Shown: piece after piece, positions 40,271 to 52,800 of the stretch
Numbering within the stretch: position 1 is the first letter of the stretch
Layout: every line of letters starts with the position of its first letter
From: Catajapyx aquilonaris
Taxonomy: Eukaryota
Reading direction: 5' to 3'
DNA length: 64,000 bases
Assembly: GCA_000934665.2 (NCBI GenBank)
Contig: KZ537989.1
Location: 62,001 to 126,000, forward strand
The notes under the pieces: model-generated
Told to the model about the DNA's origin: nothing
What the model saw: the letters and a program-made list of their open reading frames with translations, nothing else
The model's database searches: none
Position numbers and translations under genes: made by a program

Positions 40271-43200
40271 TGAAATCGATGGGTATAGGTGAGGGGACAA
40301 GAGATGAAAGCGGAAAAAGGAAGGAGGGAGAAGAGTAACGAGCCAAATGAAAACTTAATAAAATAACCGTCTTTGGATTGCCTTGCAGGGCTGCGGATGG
40401 AAAATTTCCACTTGGACGCACCCAATTCATTCTAGTCTCCCCCCAAATGCTAATGAAGCACTAGAAACCAAGAGCGTGTCCAAACAGAATGCTTGTAAAA
40501 AGAAGGGAGGTGGGGGAGGCTCAGCAAGAAAAGAGGCGATCCCACAGGAACTTCCTAATTAGGATCCAATTTGCCTTCCCTTCAACTGCCTTTGACTCAA
40601 AAACGAGATGAATCAATGTGATGAGGACTCGGGGAGGAAGAAATCTAGAGACAAAAACTGTAAGAAGTGTGTGAGCATCAAGCTAATGGCGGGGTTTTCG
40701 GCAACAAAATTCCTGCATGTTGCGGCTCATAGCAGAGCTTTTAAAACGGAAATCGATGCAAACTTTCGGTTCCCTGAGAATCGGGGAGGGAGGCTGAGCA
40801 AAGTGTTCTGAAACTGTGTGCAGCGGCGGAGTTTTTGGTACACAAGTGCCAGGGACGCAGACGCTCGTTTGATCCCTGCTAGGTCCGTTTGACAAGAAAA
40901 TTGTCTTGGCAGAGCCCACGGAGAAAAGGGGGATGTCGATAGTCACGTGGACAGTGATTTAAGACGATGTGGGGGAGGATCCATTTTCTGTTCAGGTTTC
41001 CAAGGATTTTTCCAAGGATCATATTCTTCGGGGGATCCCACAGCACTTTTCTAATATGAAAAGTAACAAAGTCGATTATACCACACAGTTTATTCCATTG
41101 GGGTATAAAGAATGGTAGCCCATTTTCTTTCATCAAAAAAAAAGGAATTTATTGAGTTGCTTACAACTATGGTAGTATTTACAGAGGATACTTGCGAATA
41201 GTACCGGTGAGGAGATCAACGTATACATGAAAAAAAAATCAATTTCGATTTTTTTTGGTTCTTTTTTATGTGTGAGGGTAGGTTGGCCCATGTAATGAGG
41301 ACACCTTTGGGATTGTGCCCGGGAAAAAGGTCTGGGGAGCAGTGGCTTCATTGCAGTTCCCGCTCCGAATTTCCGCCAGATGGGTTTCCGATCGGGTTAA
41401 CGCAATTTCCCTAGTCAATTTGGCCCCGCTTTGGCTTCGGAGGAGGAAGAGCCTAGTTCCCCCCCTGCTGCCTTTTTCCCTGGGTCTCCCACTCTGGCAA
41501 CCGTGGTCTCAACCACTCATTTCTATTTCCACAACAATTGGAAACATAGGAGAGGCCAAGGTTGCCATCCCATATCTGATGAACCCCGGTTCCTCGAGAA
41601 CCAACGTGAAAGGAGCGAGAACGACCACATGATTGCAACATGTTGCATAGTCTACAATAGCACAGTCACATTTTATTTCTCAGTAAAATTTCATCATATT
41701 CGTCTCTGTAAAACTGACACTTTTACTCTTCCCACGTATCTGACTAGAGCAAATCTTTACCTCCTGAATGAAATGGCATCTCCACTTTTTTTTTGTCTGA
41801 ATGGCACCAAAGCACTAAAATGTACAATTATGGCGACACCGACCACTGCACAGTCGCTCAAGTAGCGTCACTGACGAACCCTCCTAACTTCCAGAAACCA
41901 CAAGGCACACCCTCTTGGAAACAAGGCTTCGGCCAGACAGCTTCGCTAATATTGAGCAAAATGATGAAACTGGGAATATGTGTACTGGTCCTCCTTTCCT
42001 AACACCCAGGCTACCACAAAAAACGGCCAAAAGCTAAAAGCGACTGTACAGTGGTCTATCCAATGGAACAGGACGGCTGCAAAGTGAGACTGACCGCCAC
42101 TAATTCGAATTAATTTACCTCCCACTCAGTCGCAGTTGGTTTACTCGGTTCCTATTCCATCCCATGGGATTCGTCAGTCTTGGGGAAGCCAAAACTGCAC
42201 TTTTCTGCCATACCTTGTTAACTAAACAGCTAACAGATGTAAAAAAAATTTAGTCATCAGTGTTATTTCGTTGCTACAGGTACATAAATTTGACTGCACT
42301 TCATAGGCGCCCTCGCCTAGCAAATAAACATATCTCACTGGTTATTTTTTCCCATGCAGCAGCCATCTGATTGCCAGTCATCGCCACCTCTTCACGATAC
42401 GTGAGACTAATAATAGTCATAATACAATAATAATAATAATATTATAATAATAACAACAACAACACAACCTTGTAGGAAGAGAAATATGACGAGTCAGTGG
42501 CAAGCTTTTCCACTCGGGATAGAAAGGAAGCTTCTTGCTACACAGGGTGGGGGAGGTGGTGGTGGAACATTATTATTTTTTCGTTTAAGCTTATGCAAGA
42601 AAGGGGACGAAAGGAGTTAATTAGGGATAAAAATTACTTGCCTATTAAAATGGCACTTGACTCGGGATTGGTGTTCCATGGAAGGATTGTAGGAATGTCA
42701 ACATTTCGTGTTTTGTATACCATACGTTAAATGCACACAGTAGAGAAGGGAGTGTTTCTTGGGTCCTATGACGCGTGCAGGAGAAAACGAGATGAACAGT
42801 GTGATAAGCAACACTTTGGTGAACCTGTACACAAGAATTAGCATTGTTCGTCTTTTTGGTATCCAAAAAGTGGATGAAATCATAATCACAACAATATAAT
42901 CTAAGAAACCACTCCTTTCTCTACTACCTGTAATGACACAGCATTGGCTAGAACACTTGGTTCGTTTCGTTAAATCCCCCCTCCCCCAAAAAGTAAGGAA
43001 TCGTCCTGCTCTCTTTCGCTCTCTCGTTCTCTCAAAGAATTATGTACAACAATTAAAAAGATCGAGATCCCTAATACTCAAGGCATCCACTGTCACTCAC
43101 TCTCACGACATATACTCGAATCTTTCACATTTTCTTCTCCTCTCGCTACCTGTCTCTCCTGCGGGGAAGAAGAAAAGTTTAGACACGTCAAGGTCCGCTT

Positions 43201-43321
43201 ATTGCTTCCGTTTCAAACACAAGCCATTGTTATTTTTCATTGCTGCAAAGGAGTGGGATGGGAGGAAGAGAATTGCCTTCAAGAGCCATTTTCTTTCCAC
43301 GCTGTTAAAATACGGAGTAGC

Positions 43322-43348
<27 letters not shown>
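43322..43348. repeat. (CT)n microsatellite
   Basis: About 13 CT units, in the presumed 3' UTR of the LRR gene. Confidence 0.9.
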
Positions 43349-43355
<7 letters not shown>

Positions 43356-44251
43356 TTGAAATTGGTCCGTACGAGGGAGATTATCATGGAAAAGAATCAC
43401 AACCAGTTTCAAAGGCTCTCTCATGGTGGCAGAAAAGCTGTAGTGAAACACTGCTTAACATGAAACGTGAGAACCTTTCGAAATGGCGAAAAGCCCAATT
43501 CCTTTAACTCTGACTGACACTTTCTATGTAAAGATACAGGAAACACAGAGAGGTTGTCGAAAAATCATTCTGCCAATTTTAGACACAAGCCACAACGGGA
43601 CACAACAAGTCAGTTGGCAGCCTTCAAGTGCTGCAATCCAACTGTGTACCAGTCACGAAGAAATGCACACAAATGTGCAAAACGAAATAAAAATCTTACC
43701 GGTCCCCTCCCCATTCCTCTCCAAACACAACAATGAAATGAACATTTTCTGTATACAAATAACAAAATAAAATTATAAAATCACACGCATCACTTTGGTG
43801 TCTGGCACAAAAGCAGGGGGAAAGGTATTCAAGAGAGAAAAAAGAAAGAGGGACATCTAGGACTATGGCCAGAGTTAGTCACCTGCCTCTGCCACCAGTT
43901 AAAACCACCACACACAAGAAGAAACTATTCCGAATGAAGGAGGTCTTCACCGCCAATCACTGGGAGGCCCATTTCAAAATGGAATGTCCAAATGGTTTCA
44001 CCTCGAGGGGTCATGTAAAGGTCGTGGCAATAACCTTGTTAAAGCTTGGAATGGCTTCTGGGTGCAGTTCCTCTCCCCTGGTGGGACCCTCCTCCTCCTC
44101 CTCCGCCTCCTTCTCCATATCCTCCTCCTGCTCCTCCACATCCTCTGACAGCTCTGGCAGGATGGCCGTTGGGCCTGTTGAGCATGGGTCGGGTGGCGAA
44201 CCCCAATTCCTGTGTCCCTCTGTGACCCCCGACCCCGACCCCAACCCCCCA

Positions 44252-46170
44252 TCACAACTCAGTCACAGGTATGGGCTTGAGCGTCTGCTGCTGATTGTAG
44301 GCTGCGCGCACGATGTAGTCCTCATCACCCAGAGTCTTCTGGTACTCGTGCTCTTTTCCACCCAGAGCGTGGTTGTTCCACTTGTAGTCTTTGAACACGT
44401 TCTGCATGCGCTTACGGTAGCGGTACAGGAGGAAAGCCAGCAGGGCCAGGAGTCCCACCGATGCTACACACACTACTCCGATGATGGCCTGCTGCTGAGA
44501 GTGGTGCAGTGCACACGACAGGTCATCGGAGGTCAGCGACTGCATCGGGCGACCCTTCAGTTCTGTTGGCGTTGCACACGTGACCTGAAATTAGAGCACT
44601 CTTAGTTACTTGGCCACTCAATTATGCTTACACATATGATAATTACACTGTGCACTGCACACAAAATTAATGATGAGTGTGAATGAAAAAATTATATGAT
44701 GTGCAGCACAGTGAAGAGCTTGAGATTGGAAGGTGTGTCCTTGGGGGTACTTAGAAGTTAATGAGGCACACCAATGGATGATCCATGGCAACAACCTGAG
44801 TACTGCTGCGCAGGCAAAAGTGTTTGTCAAGTGATGACATGCAACAGATATGTGTAAACAAGTGTGCAGGTTGAATCACTCACCTGGGACATGTTCTTGG
44901 TGACTAAGAGGTCCCTGAGCCACAGCTGCGAGCAGGAGCACTCGAGAGGATTGTCCCTGAGGTCTAGGCTCTTGATGTCAGACCAGGCGGCCAGGCCAAT
45001 GCTGAGCCCAACAAAGTTGTTGTCCCTCAAACTGAGGTGACGCAGGTTGGGCAGCCCCGTCAGAAGACCGTCTGGCAGCTCCCCCAGCTTTTTGTTGCTG
45101 TTCAGCACCAACGTGTCCAGATCCATGTTTCTGGACAGGGCTTCCTTGTCGATGGCCAGCAAGTTGGGTGACCCGGTCACGTCCAGTAGTCGCAGTCGCT
45201 CCAGACCTTGGAAGGCGTGAGCAGGGATCACCTGGAACAAGTTCTGCCCCAGAAGGAGCTCCTCCAGACGGGACAACTTGGCCAGGGCCTTCGTAGGCAC
45301 CTCCAGCAGGTCGTTCTCCACCAGCTGCAGCCGACGGACAGATTCCACACCCTGAAATGCAGTGTTCATGTTAGCTAATTCATCATACACACACAAACCT
45401 TATGTAACTGTGATGCGGATGTAAACCTGAAATGCGTGGGTGGAGATGTTGGACAGCTTGGACCCGCTGACGTCCAGAGTGGCCAGCTTGGGCAGGTTCC
45501 CGAAGGCGTTGTCCCCAAGCAAATGGAATTCGTTGGCACCCACGTGCAGTTCAGACAGACTTGGAACCGTGGCCAGGGCAGATGTGGGTATGCTCTTCAG
45601 GTTGTTGTCGTCTAAGTACAGCACCCGGAGCTCGCTCAGCCCAGCAAAGGCGTTGGGGTGTATCCTGTCAATGCTGTTTTTGCCCAGGTCTAGCTCCTGC
45701 AGGTGAGACAAGGAGGCGAACAAACGCTCGCCCAGCTCCTGCAGATAGTTGCCCCTCAGACTGAGCACCACCAGGGAGCGCAGCCCCGAGAAAGTGCCGC
45801 TCTCTAACTGGGTCATCTTGTTGTGATCAAGGTGCAGCTCCAGTAGCTTCTTCTGCGCCTCGAAGCTCTTGGCCACCACCGAGACCAGCTGGTTTTCCGA
45901 GAGGTCCACATGCAGCAGCTCCCCGTAGAACTGGAAGGCCGCCTCCACCGTCTTGATCCGGTTATTCTTCAGCTGCAGCCGCTGGATGGATGGGTTGAGA
46001 GTGATGGGCAGCACATCCAGGTTGGCATCTTCGCATGTGACCACCAGTTTGTCATCGTCGCAGGAGCATCCGCTGGGACACACCCCTGCAGTCCCCGGCA
46101 CCCAACTCAAGGAGAAGACCAAGGTGACCAGCAGGAGGACCGCTCCTCGGCGACGCAACCTCTGCTCCAT
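44252..46170 (-). CDS. trn/caps: Tartan/Capricious-type LRR single-pass membrane protein (514 aa, 3 coding exons)
   Basis: Exons 46170-45427 (signal peptide; LRRNT CPSGCSCDDDKLVVTC; LDVLPITLNPSIQRL; LRRs), 45351-44884 (LRRs; LRRCT NPLECSCSQLWL), 44584-44252 (VTCATP; TM IIGVVCVASVGLLALLAFLLY; ends PVTEL-TGA); all phase 0 GT-AG. N-terminal motif and PVTEL tail are characteristic of Trn/Caps. Confidence 0.92.
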
Positions 46171-46761
46171 ATTTCCACGTCCGCACCAGGCAGACACCGT
46201 CCGTCTTCTACCTACAAGTAGGGAAGAAGGAGACAGCCTTAGCAATCTGGGTTGTCGGCCAGGATGAGTGTGACAACCCCGATAATAGAGCTACCCAGCT
46301 ATCCCCAGCACCTTGAGATCGATGGATTGCACTCTTGTTTATATCCCGAGGGAGAGGTGCGGCTCAGACAGACTCCCCGATTCCCACATTCGGCTTCCGA
46401 AACCCGTTTAAATTACGAGCACCGAGGAAACTAATGTCTTCGGGCTGTACAAACCGTTTTCCCCGCCGAGACACGGAACGTCCCAAGTCGCAGCTGCGGC
46501 CAACGATGCGATTTGCAGCACAGAAACGGGCAAAAATCCTTTCCTTCCTCGCATGGGAATGGCTCCTATAAATTCGCCCTCTCCAACCCCCCAGTTTTTC
46601 TCCACCTCCCCACCCACAGCTACCCACTACCACCCTACAAACCGCCGCCTTGATTCATTTCTCCCAGAGTAAGAAATCTCCTGCCGCAACTTGTTGCCAA
46701 CTTTTCGCGCAAATTCGCACTCTATACGCACACGCTCCCACCGGACTGCGCCACTGTCGCG

Positions 46762-46801
46762 GAGTGACCGTTGGGATGACGGTTGGAGCCAACGGTCACT
46801 C
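46762..46801. promoter_or_regulatory. Perfect 13-bp inverted repeat about 600 bp upstream of the trn/caps ATG
   Basis: gagtgaccgttgg (46762-46774), 14-nt spacer, ccaacggtcactc (46789-46801); function inferred only from position. Confidence 0.35.
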
Positions 46802-49800
46802 AACCTGGGCAGCCATTTTTGCATCCCCTAGGATAATTATTAACTCGGTTTCTGCCCTGGGTTAAGCTCTAGCAGTGAGTTTTGTCCCTTCTGCTCCATT
46901 GTTCCCTGATTTACGAGGCGTTGGCTTGGACTATGCCGCTGCCTTGCAAAGGCCCGGGCACAGCTCCTCCAGAATGGGCTAGTCGCATGTGGAGGTAAGA
47001 GCATATTGTGCCCTCGAGACACTACCGGGGGTTGGAAAGAAAAGAGCTGGCTGGGAAAAGCTCGGCTCTGTTTCATGTATACTCCGAAATATAGTCACTG
47101 CCTCGCCCCAGCTTTTTGTGGCTTCCATGATGAAGCATCTTCTGTGCTCTGCTGCTTTTCCAGACTCGGACTTGGAGAAGAGAAGCTGCACCCACACTTT
47201 CGAACGAATCGATGCTACTGTTGGAGGTAAAATATAGCTCCAAGGTGCCAGGAAACTTGACATATTTTTAACGGGGTTTTCTGTCGGAGTGCTGACTCAC
47301 ATACGCCAGCGTCATGTATGCAGGGATTTTTCTTTACTGCAGTAAAAAAAAAAATGGCGCAACACCAGCTGTGATGGAAAAATAAGCCATCCCATGACAG
47401 CAATTTTGATGCGATCAAAAGCTAGCATCTGCTCAAAAGTGCTTGAAAAAGGCACTAGTCGCCTATGAAATAGCTGTTTCATTTTTCATTAGGTTCACGC
47501 AGGTCGAATATGCGTTACCTCGTAATTATTATAATTAACTGAACTTTTCCGGCTAATTGAGCATTTGGTAGCAACTTATGATCATTCCAACTCTGTGATA
47601 AACGGCATGACTTCTCCGCAGAGAGCATTTTAAATCATGAGATGCGCGAGTAAAAACACCCATGTCTAATTAATTTGCTGGCGCTGATTACTGCGCTAGC
47701 GATAAACTGCCAATAACAACCAAATTAGGGCAGCTTCCTGTCAAAACCCGCTCGTTTTACCCTGTACAAAATTACCGCGCATTGATCCGGTTATTTATCA
47801 CGTTGTTGACTATACTTTGAGGCCAAACAATCTTACTGCCTCCCACAGATCCATTCTTACCAAGCACTACCTCTATGTAAATATTAACCCATTTCATCCT
47901 AGTAACACGTTCAACATGACCGTACATCCAACTTTGCACTCAATATCTACCCACCGAAAAAGTTTCACTGTTTCAAAAAGTTTGAAAAAGTACAGCAAAT
48001 CTGCCCATTTGCACAAACACTAAAACCAACTCTTGGTACTAATATGGCCCAGCTCAGACTCACAAATTATGCTAGTTGTAGTACGGGGTCTTCTTACATG
48101 CTATACGTACACTCTCCTTTTGACCTACATTTCAGCCCATTCGTCAGTCCGCAAATAGGGCCCCCTGAAAACATTTGCAACAATGGGTCGGCATGTCGCA
48201 AATTGCCCACATGAGCTCCTCCGCCCGTTTTTAGCCCCAGAAAAATGGGGACCCGCCTCTTTTCGTCGAGGAAAAAAAGAGGCCAGAATAACGGGGGAAG
48301 CCCCTCCGAAAAAAGGAGAGAAGATGGCTGCAGAAGAGGAGGGACGTGAAGACATTCGTTATCACTTGATTGTGCTCTCAACCTAGGGCAAATCCCCAGA
48401 CCGGAAATTGCGTTCTCCGGAAGGCTCGTCACCAAGGCCCCGGTTATCTCCCCGTTGGCATTGTGAGGCCCGAGGCAATCCCCTTGCTACCACCCGGGGC
48501 CGGACAACAATGCCCTGGCAGCGTCACCACCACCCACCGCAGCAACCACGCAAAAAGAGACGGACACGCAGCAGTACCGGGGAACCCTCGCCATCTTGCA
48601 GCCAAATGGGTTTTAACTGCAAATGAGATCCCGGGAGCAGGGGAAAAGGGTTAAACGACCCAGACGGAGCGTAACAATGTCAGTCCCGGTCAAACCTCAT
48701 CGGGAATTCCGAAGCGCGACGGAAGAGGGAATTAGGCCCGGAGCACTTGTGCCTCGGGAACCATCCACTCCTGGCCGGGTGCAAGAGGGCGTAGCCATAA
48801 AGGACCTTCCAAACTGCTCTAAATTAATGAGAAACGGCCTCTACGACACTGTAAACCAAACCCGAGGCTTGGCTTTCCTATATGGTATGCGGTAGCATCA
48901 GCCTGAAAACAATCATGGGAATGGACGGGGGCTTCACACACCCCACAGCACAGGTGTAAATGCAGGCTCCGATGGTTCCAGGAAGGAAAAGGACCGGAGT
49001 AATGTACGTTGGACCGTGCAACTGATAAAACAAGTTCAGGACGCATCATAAATCGGCCTTGGGATGTGCCATAAATCATGCCTCGACTTTGCACCTCATG
49101 TGCCATATGACAGAACCCATTTATTTTTTTTAAAAGGACGGACAGCCTGCGATGCGACTTTATCAGGTCATATCGTAAGGCTGAGAGGGTGATGACCACC
49201 TGGAGAGGTCACTTCCATCTAGAATAACCTGGTGGACCATCCTCAAACGATCGTTAGGCAGGTTTACTCTGGCTCGGCACGTCAGCTAGCGCCCTCTTTC
49301 CGTATTGATCCGGGCCTGCACCCGCCACCTTCCTCTGTTCCTTTCCCATCCTGGACACTACCACTTTTTTAGACTCCTCTCTATACCTATTTTTTTTGTA
49401 TCAAGCAAAACCTTGGGCTAGAGTGTACACTGACTTCCAAATCGCCCGCCGCCCCTGCTTTCTCTTGGTCAACATCAACTTTATGGAGGGAAAAAACTTT
49501 GGGAGCTACTGAAATTATCTGACCCGATGTGTTCACTTCTAACGCTAAAATGTAGGGTTAAACAAATGTTTACCTTCCAGGTCACGTCATGCACATTTTA
49601 TGAGGATTCAGCAAGCAGTGTGGCTTAGCCTACAGTACTGTTGGGCCTACCTCAAGATACAGAACAGCGGAATTATCCAGTGCAAACTTCTTGACAGGAT
49701 CAAATCTAATCAGCTTCAATACCCTTTGGGGATGGTGTGGTAAGAACTTCAGGCTCACCCTGAGAATAACCGTATTGTTTTTAGCGCTTTTTTTGACAAC

Positions 49801-52800
49801 CATGTATTAATCTACAATTACATGAAACCTGCGAAGTATGACTCGAAGGCATCAGTGTTATGGAAAGGGGAACATACCATTATACTACGGCTTCCTAGTT
49901 GTCAGTCATCCACAGCCCTGATACGGGTCTAAACGATTACTTCCTTTTTCGACATTTAAACAAACGGCTCTCCAAGCTTTGACGTGGGTGGTGCGCCCCC
50001 GGTTTCAACGACCTCTCCGACAATATTTCTAGCATGGGGGCGACGAAAGACAACAAATTTGTCTAACTCTAGTCTAGGTGACTTCCAGACCCATCGATCT
50101 GCAGTTGTAGTTGCGGAGATTCCCGGTTTAAAGAATATCCGGTTAGACAGCAGCCAGCTTTAGGGTTTGGGCCCAGCTTCTTCCTTCCGTTCCTCGCCTT
50201 CTCCTAGCCCCCACTGCCGCCAATCTCACTTTCTCAAGGATCTCGTCCCAGTCCCTAATCCCCTCCCCAGTCCGTGCCCAGAGTCCTCCAGCCGGCTAAG
50301 CCTCCCTTGGGATCCTCTTCCACTTGATTCTCCCTTGGCTTCTGCCTGCTGCTGCTGGCTGCCCAAGCAAAGACAGAGAAGGAGGAGAGGACAAGAATCA
50401 GATATTCACTTCACCTTCTTCTTCCCGGGAGCGACCACGCGGCCTCCCGCGCTCCCACGCGTCATGGCCATCCACTCAATGAAGCACTGCTCTAGGACTT
50501 CTAATCTGGTTTCCTCCAGTCGCTTGGATGAACTTGGGGAGAACAAATCCTAGACGACGTTTCCATTGACGTATGGAGTCGGAACATACTTTTTGTTTCC
50601 CAGCAACTCAGCGAGGCCTGAAACGGGCCTGATACCATCTTGCAGAAGAACAACAAAAAACCAAAGAGGGGGCGGGGGATTCGTTGCTTCCTAACCAACT
50701 AATAGCAAACTCCGGAAGTTGGTTAAGAAGTGGTAAAGGAGACACTGAACTTTACTCCTGGCATAGGGTCTTCCAGCCCCTACTTCACCTCATCACTTTC
50801 CACCTACATGGAGCGGAAAAGGGTCGCTGCTGAGCTCAACTAATTTCGGTTGGCGGTAACAGTTTTCCGCGCAGGCAAGCTGTAGTTTAGCCAATGTTTA
50901 AAGTCACACTGCTTACCCGACAGACCTTTGAGACTAATTTGAAGTAATCGTTGTCTAACTGCGGCGCCCGCGTTTGCGAAAGGTGCTGTTTAATCAGCTG
51001 CTCCCGCAGGAAGATTTAGTGAAACGGAAGTTACACGACCGCTTTTCACATTAACTGCCGCCCCGGCCCGTTTCCACAGCACTGCCGGGATTCATAAGGA
51101 GGCAGCACGGATCACCCTGGCATTACTCAGCTCACTCTGTACTCAGCACCACTGGCTACATTTTTATAGGAAAATTTCCTGCTGGCTGCTTCTTAATTTT
51201 TATGCTCCCCCATTGTGCTGTATAAATCTGCTGGAAAACTTTTCCCCGCAATCATCCCTGCGGCACTACTGGTTACTACATGGCCGTTAGGCTATTTAGT
51301 ACGGCAAATATTTACATAATAACGTGTATATGAACATGTGCACTGCCTGCTGGCTGCTCACTTTAGCATACATGCCCTGTATGCTCATCATATATGTTAC
51401 ACACACTATAATATTCCCTGAATTCGGGGCTAAGGAAGCGCACCGGTCCAAACAGATAACAACAAAACCAGCAGCCAGATTACATGGATGCCAGCAGAGT
51501 ACACATGTTATAATCGCATTAGTCAGCAACCTGATGTAGACATCTATGTTGATCCCATGTAGTGGTCCTCACGTGTAAGCCTAACCCACACCTCCCTAGC
51601 CAAGCCTCCCTAAGCCACAATCGGCCTGGATATCCAGGTCGGACATGCGTCCACGCCTGGATTCCCCGGAAACTGGGAAGGGATTTGGACCAAGGCAGAT
51701 AACGAGATGAGGATCCTTTGGGATGGAGGACAGGGAGGATTCACTTATACCTCCCCTCCCTCTCTCAGGGACCTGGTTTTGGGTTGCAAGCTGGGTCGCG
51801 CATATGTATAGGTGACCCCCCTCCTCTAAAATCCTCTGGCCATAAATCTCCGGCCACAAATCCGCGATGATGCAACTCCAACCCCCAAACTGATCTGCTG
51901 GGCGCTACTCCTCGTGATTGATGGCCGGTCAATTTCCCAGCCCGATGACAGCTTTTCTGTCCCATACCCCACTCCAAAACTCCCAATCGAATTAACCTAT
52001 CCCATTGTACCCACCTTCCCTTTAAACAATCCCTATTATCATTCTCAACAGCTGGTGAGAAGGAAAAAAAAAAAACCCACACCAACCCATACCCCCTCGA
52101 AGCTCCATTACCTCCAAACTCGTCTCCAGAAAGTTTAAATGGATTTTTTGGCTCCGTTTTCTTTTCATCCCTGTCGAGACTCCTTTTTCGCAACGGTTTC
52201 TGACAGTTTCACGTAGAAAAAGGAGAAAAAAAGGGAAGGTTGGCAAAAGGAGATGAGGAATTCACCCCCCGCCCGCTTTTTCCGCATTGTGCTCGCATTT
52301 CCCCTTAGGATTTGAACCCACATTAAATTCCGGTAATATGCTGCGGATTTCTGCCCGTTACCATTTCCACCATAACGGCCCTTCTCGTTTTTACGGCAGT
52401 CAGTCTTCCATCACTCAGACAGTTTCGTGTTCTCCCCTTCGGGATAAGATGCTGATGGCAACGCATATAAATTGAGGGGGGAAATGGGAGGGGGGGATTT
52501 ATATATCTGCAACTTTCCGCAATTAGCGTCCAAACTCTGCGATAACAACAAGGTTCATCAGTCACTGACAACAGGTCAATTTTTATTTTGTTGCAATTTG
52601 GTGAGCACTTTTTAGTCACAAGTCCAACCCTGAGAGGAACTTTTGAACCACCCTGTAGTCTCGAAGCTATAGACACCTTCAGGTTCGATCATTTGAGAGT
52701 ACATTTAAAGTACCCGAAGGTTGATTAAAATGTTGCAGGGGATGTCAGGTTCGGCCAAGCCTATACCGAGAGCTGTGGTTTCCATGTAGGCATGAGTGGT

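Noticed and set aside
44039..44050. SKL as a peroxisomal PTS1 on the readthrough product
   Set aside because: The protein has a signal peptide and TM segment and enters the secretory pathway; a PDZ-ligand reading or chance is more plausible
43865..44605. 246-aa plus-strand ORF
   Set aside because: Antisense shadow of the trn/caps last exon and the GGA-rich tract
50684..50733. Hairpin cttcctaaccaact...agttggttaagaag as a pre-miRNA
   Set aside because: Stem only about 17 bp with G-U pairs, and no miRNA family I recognise
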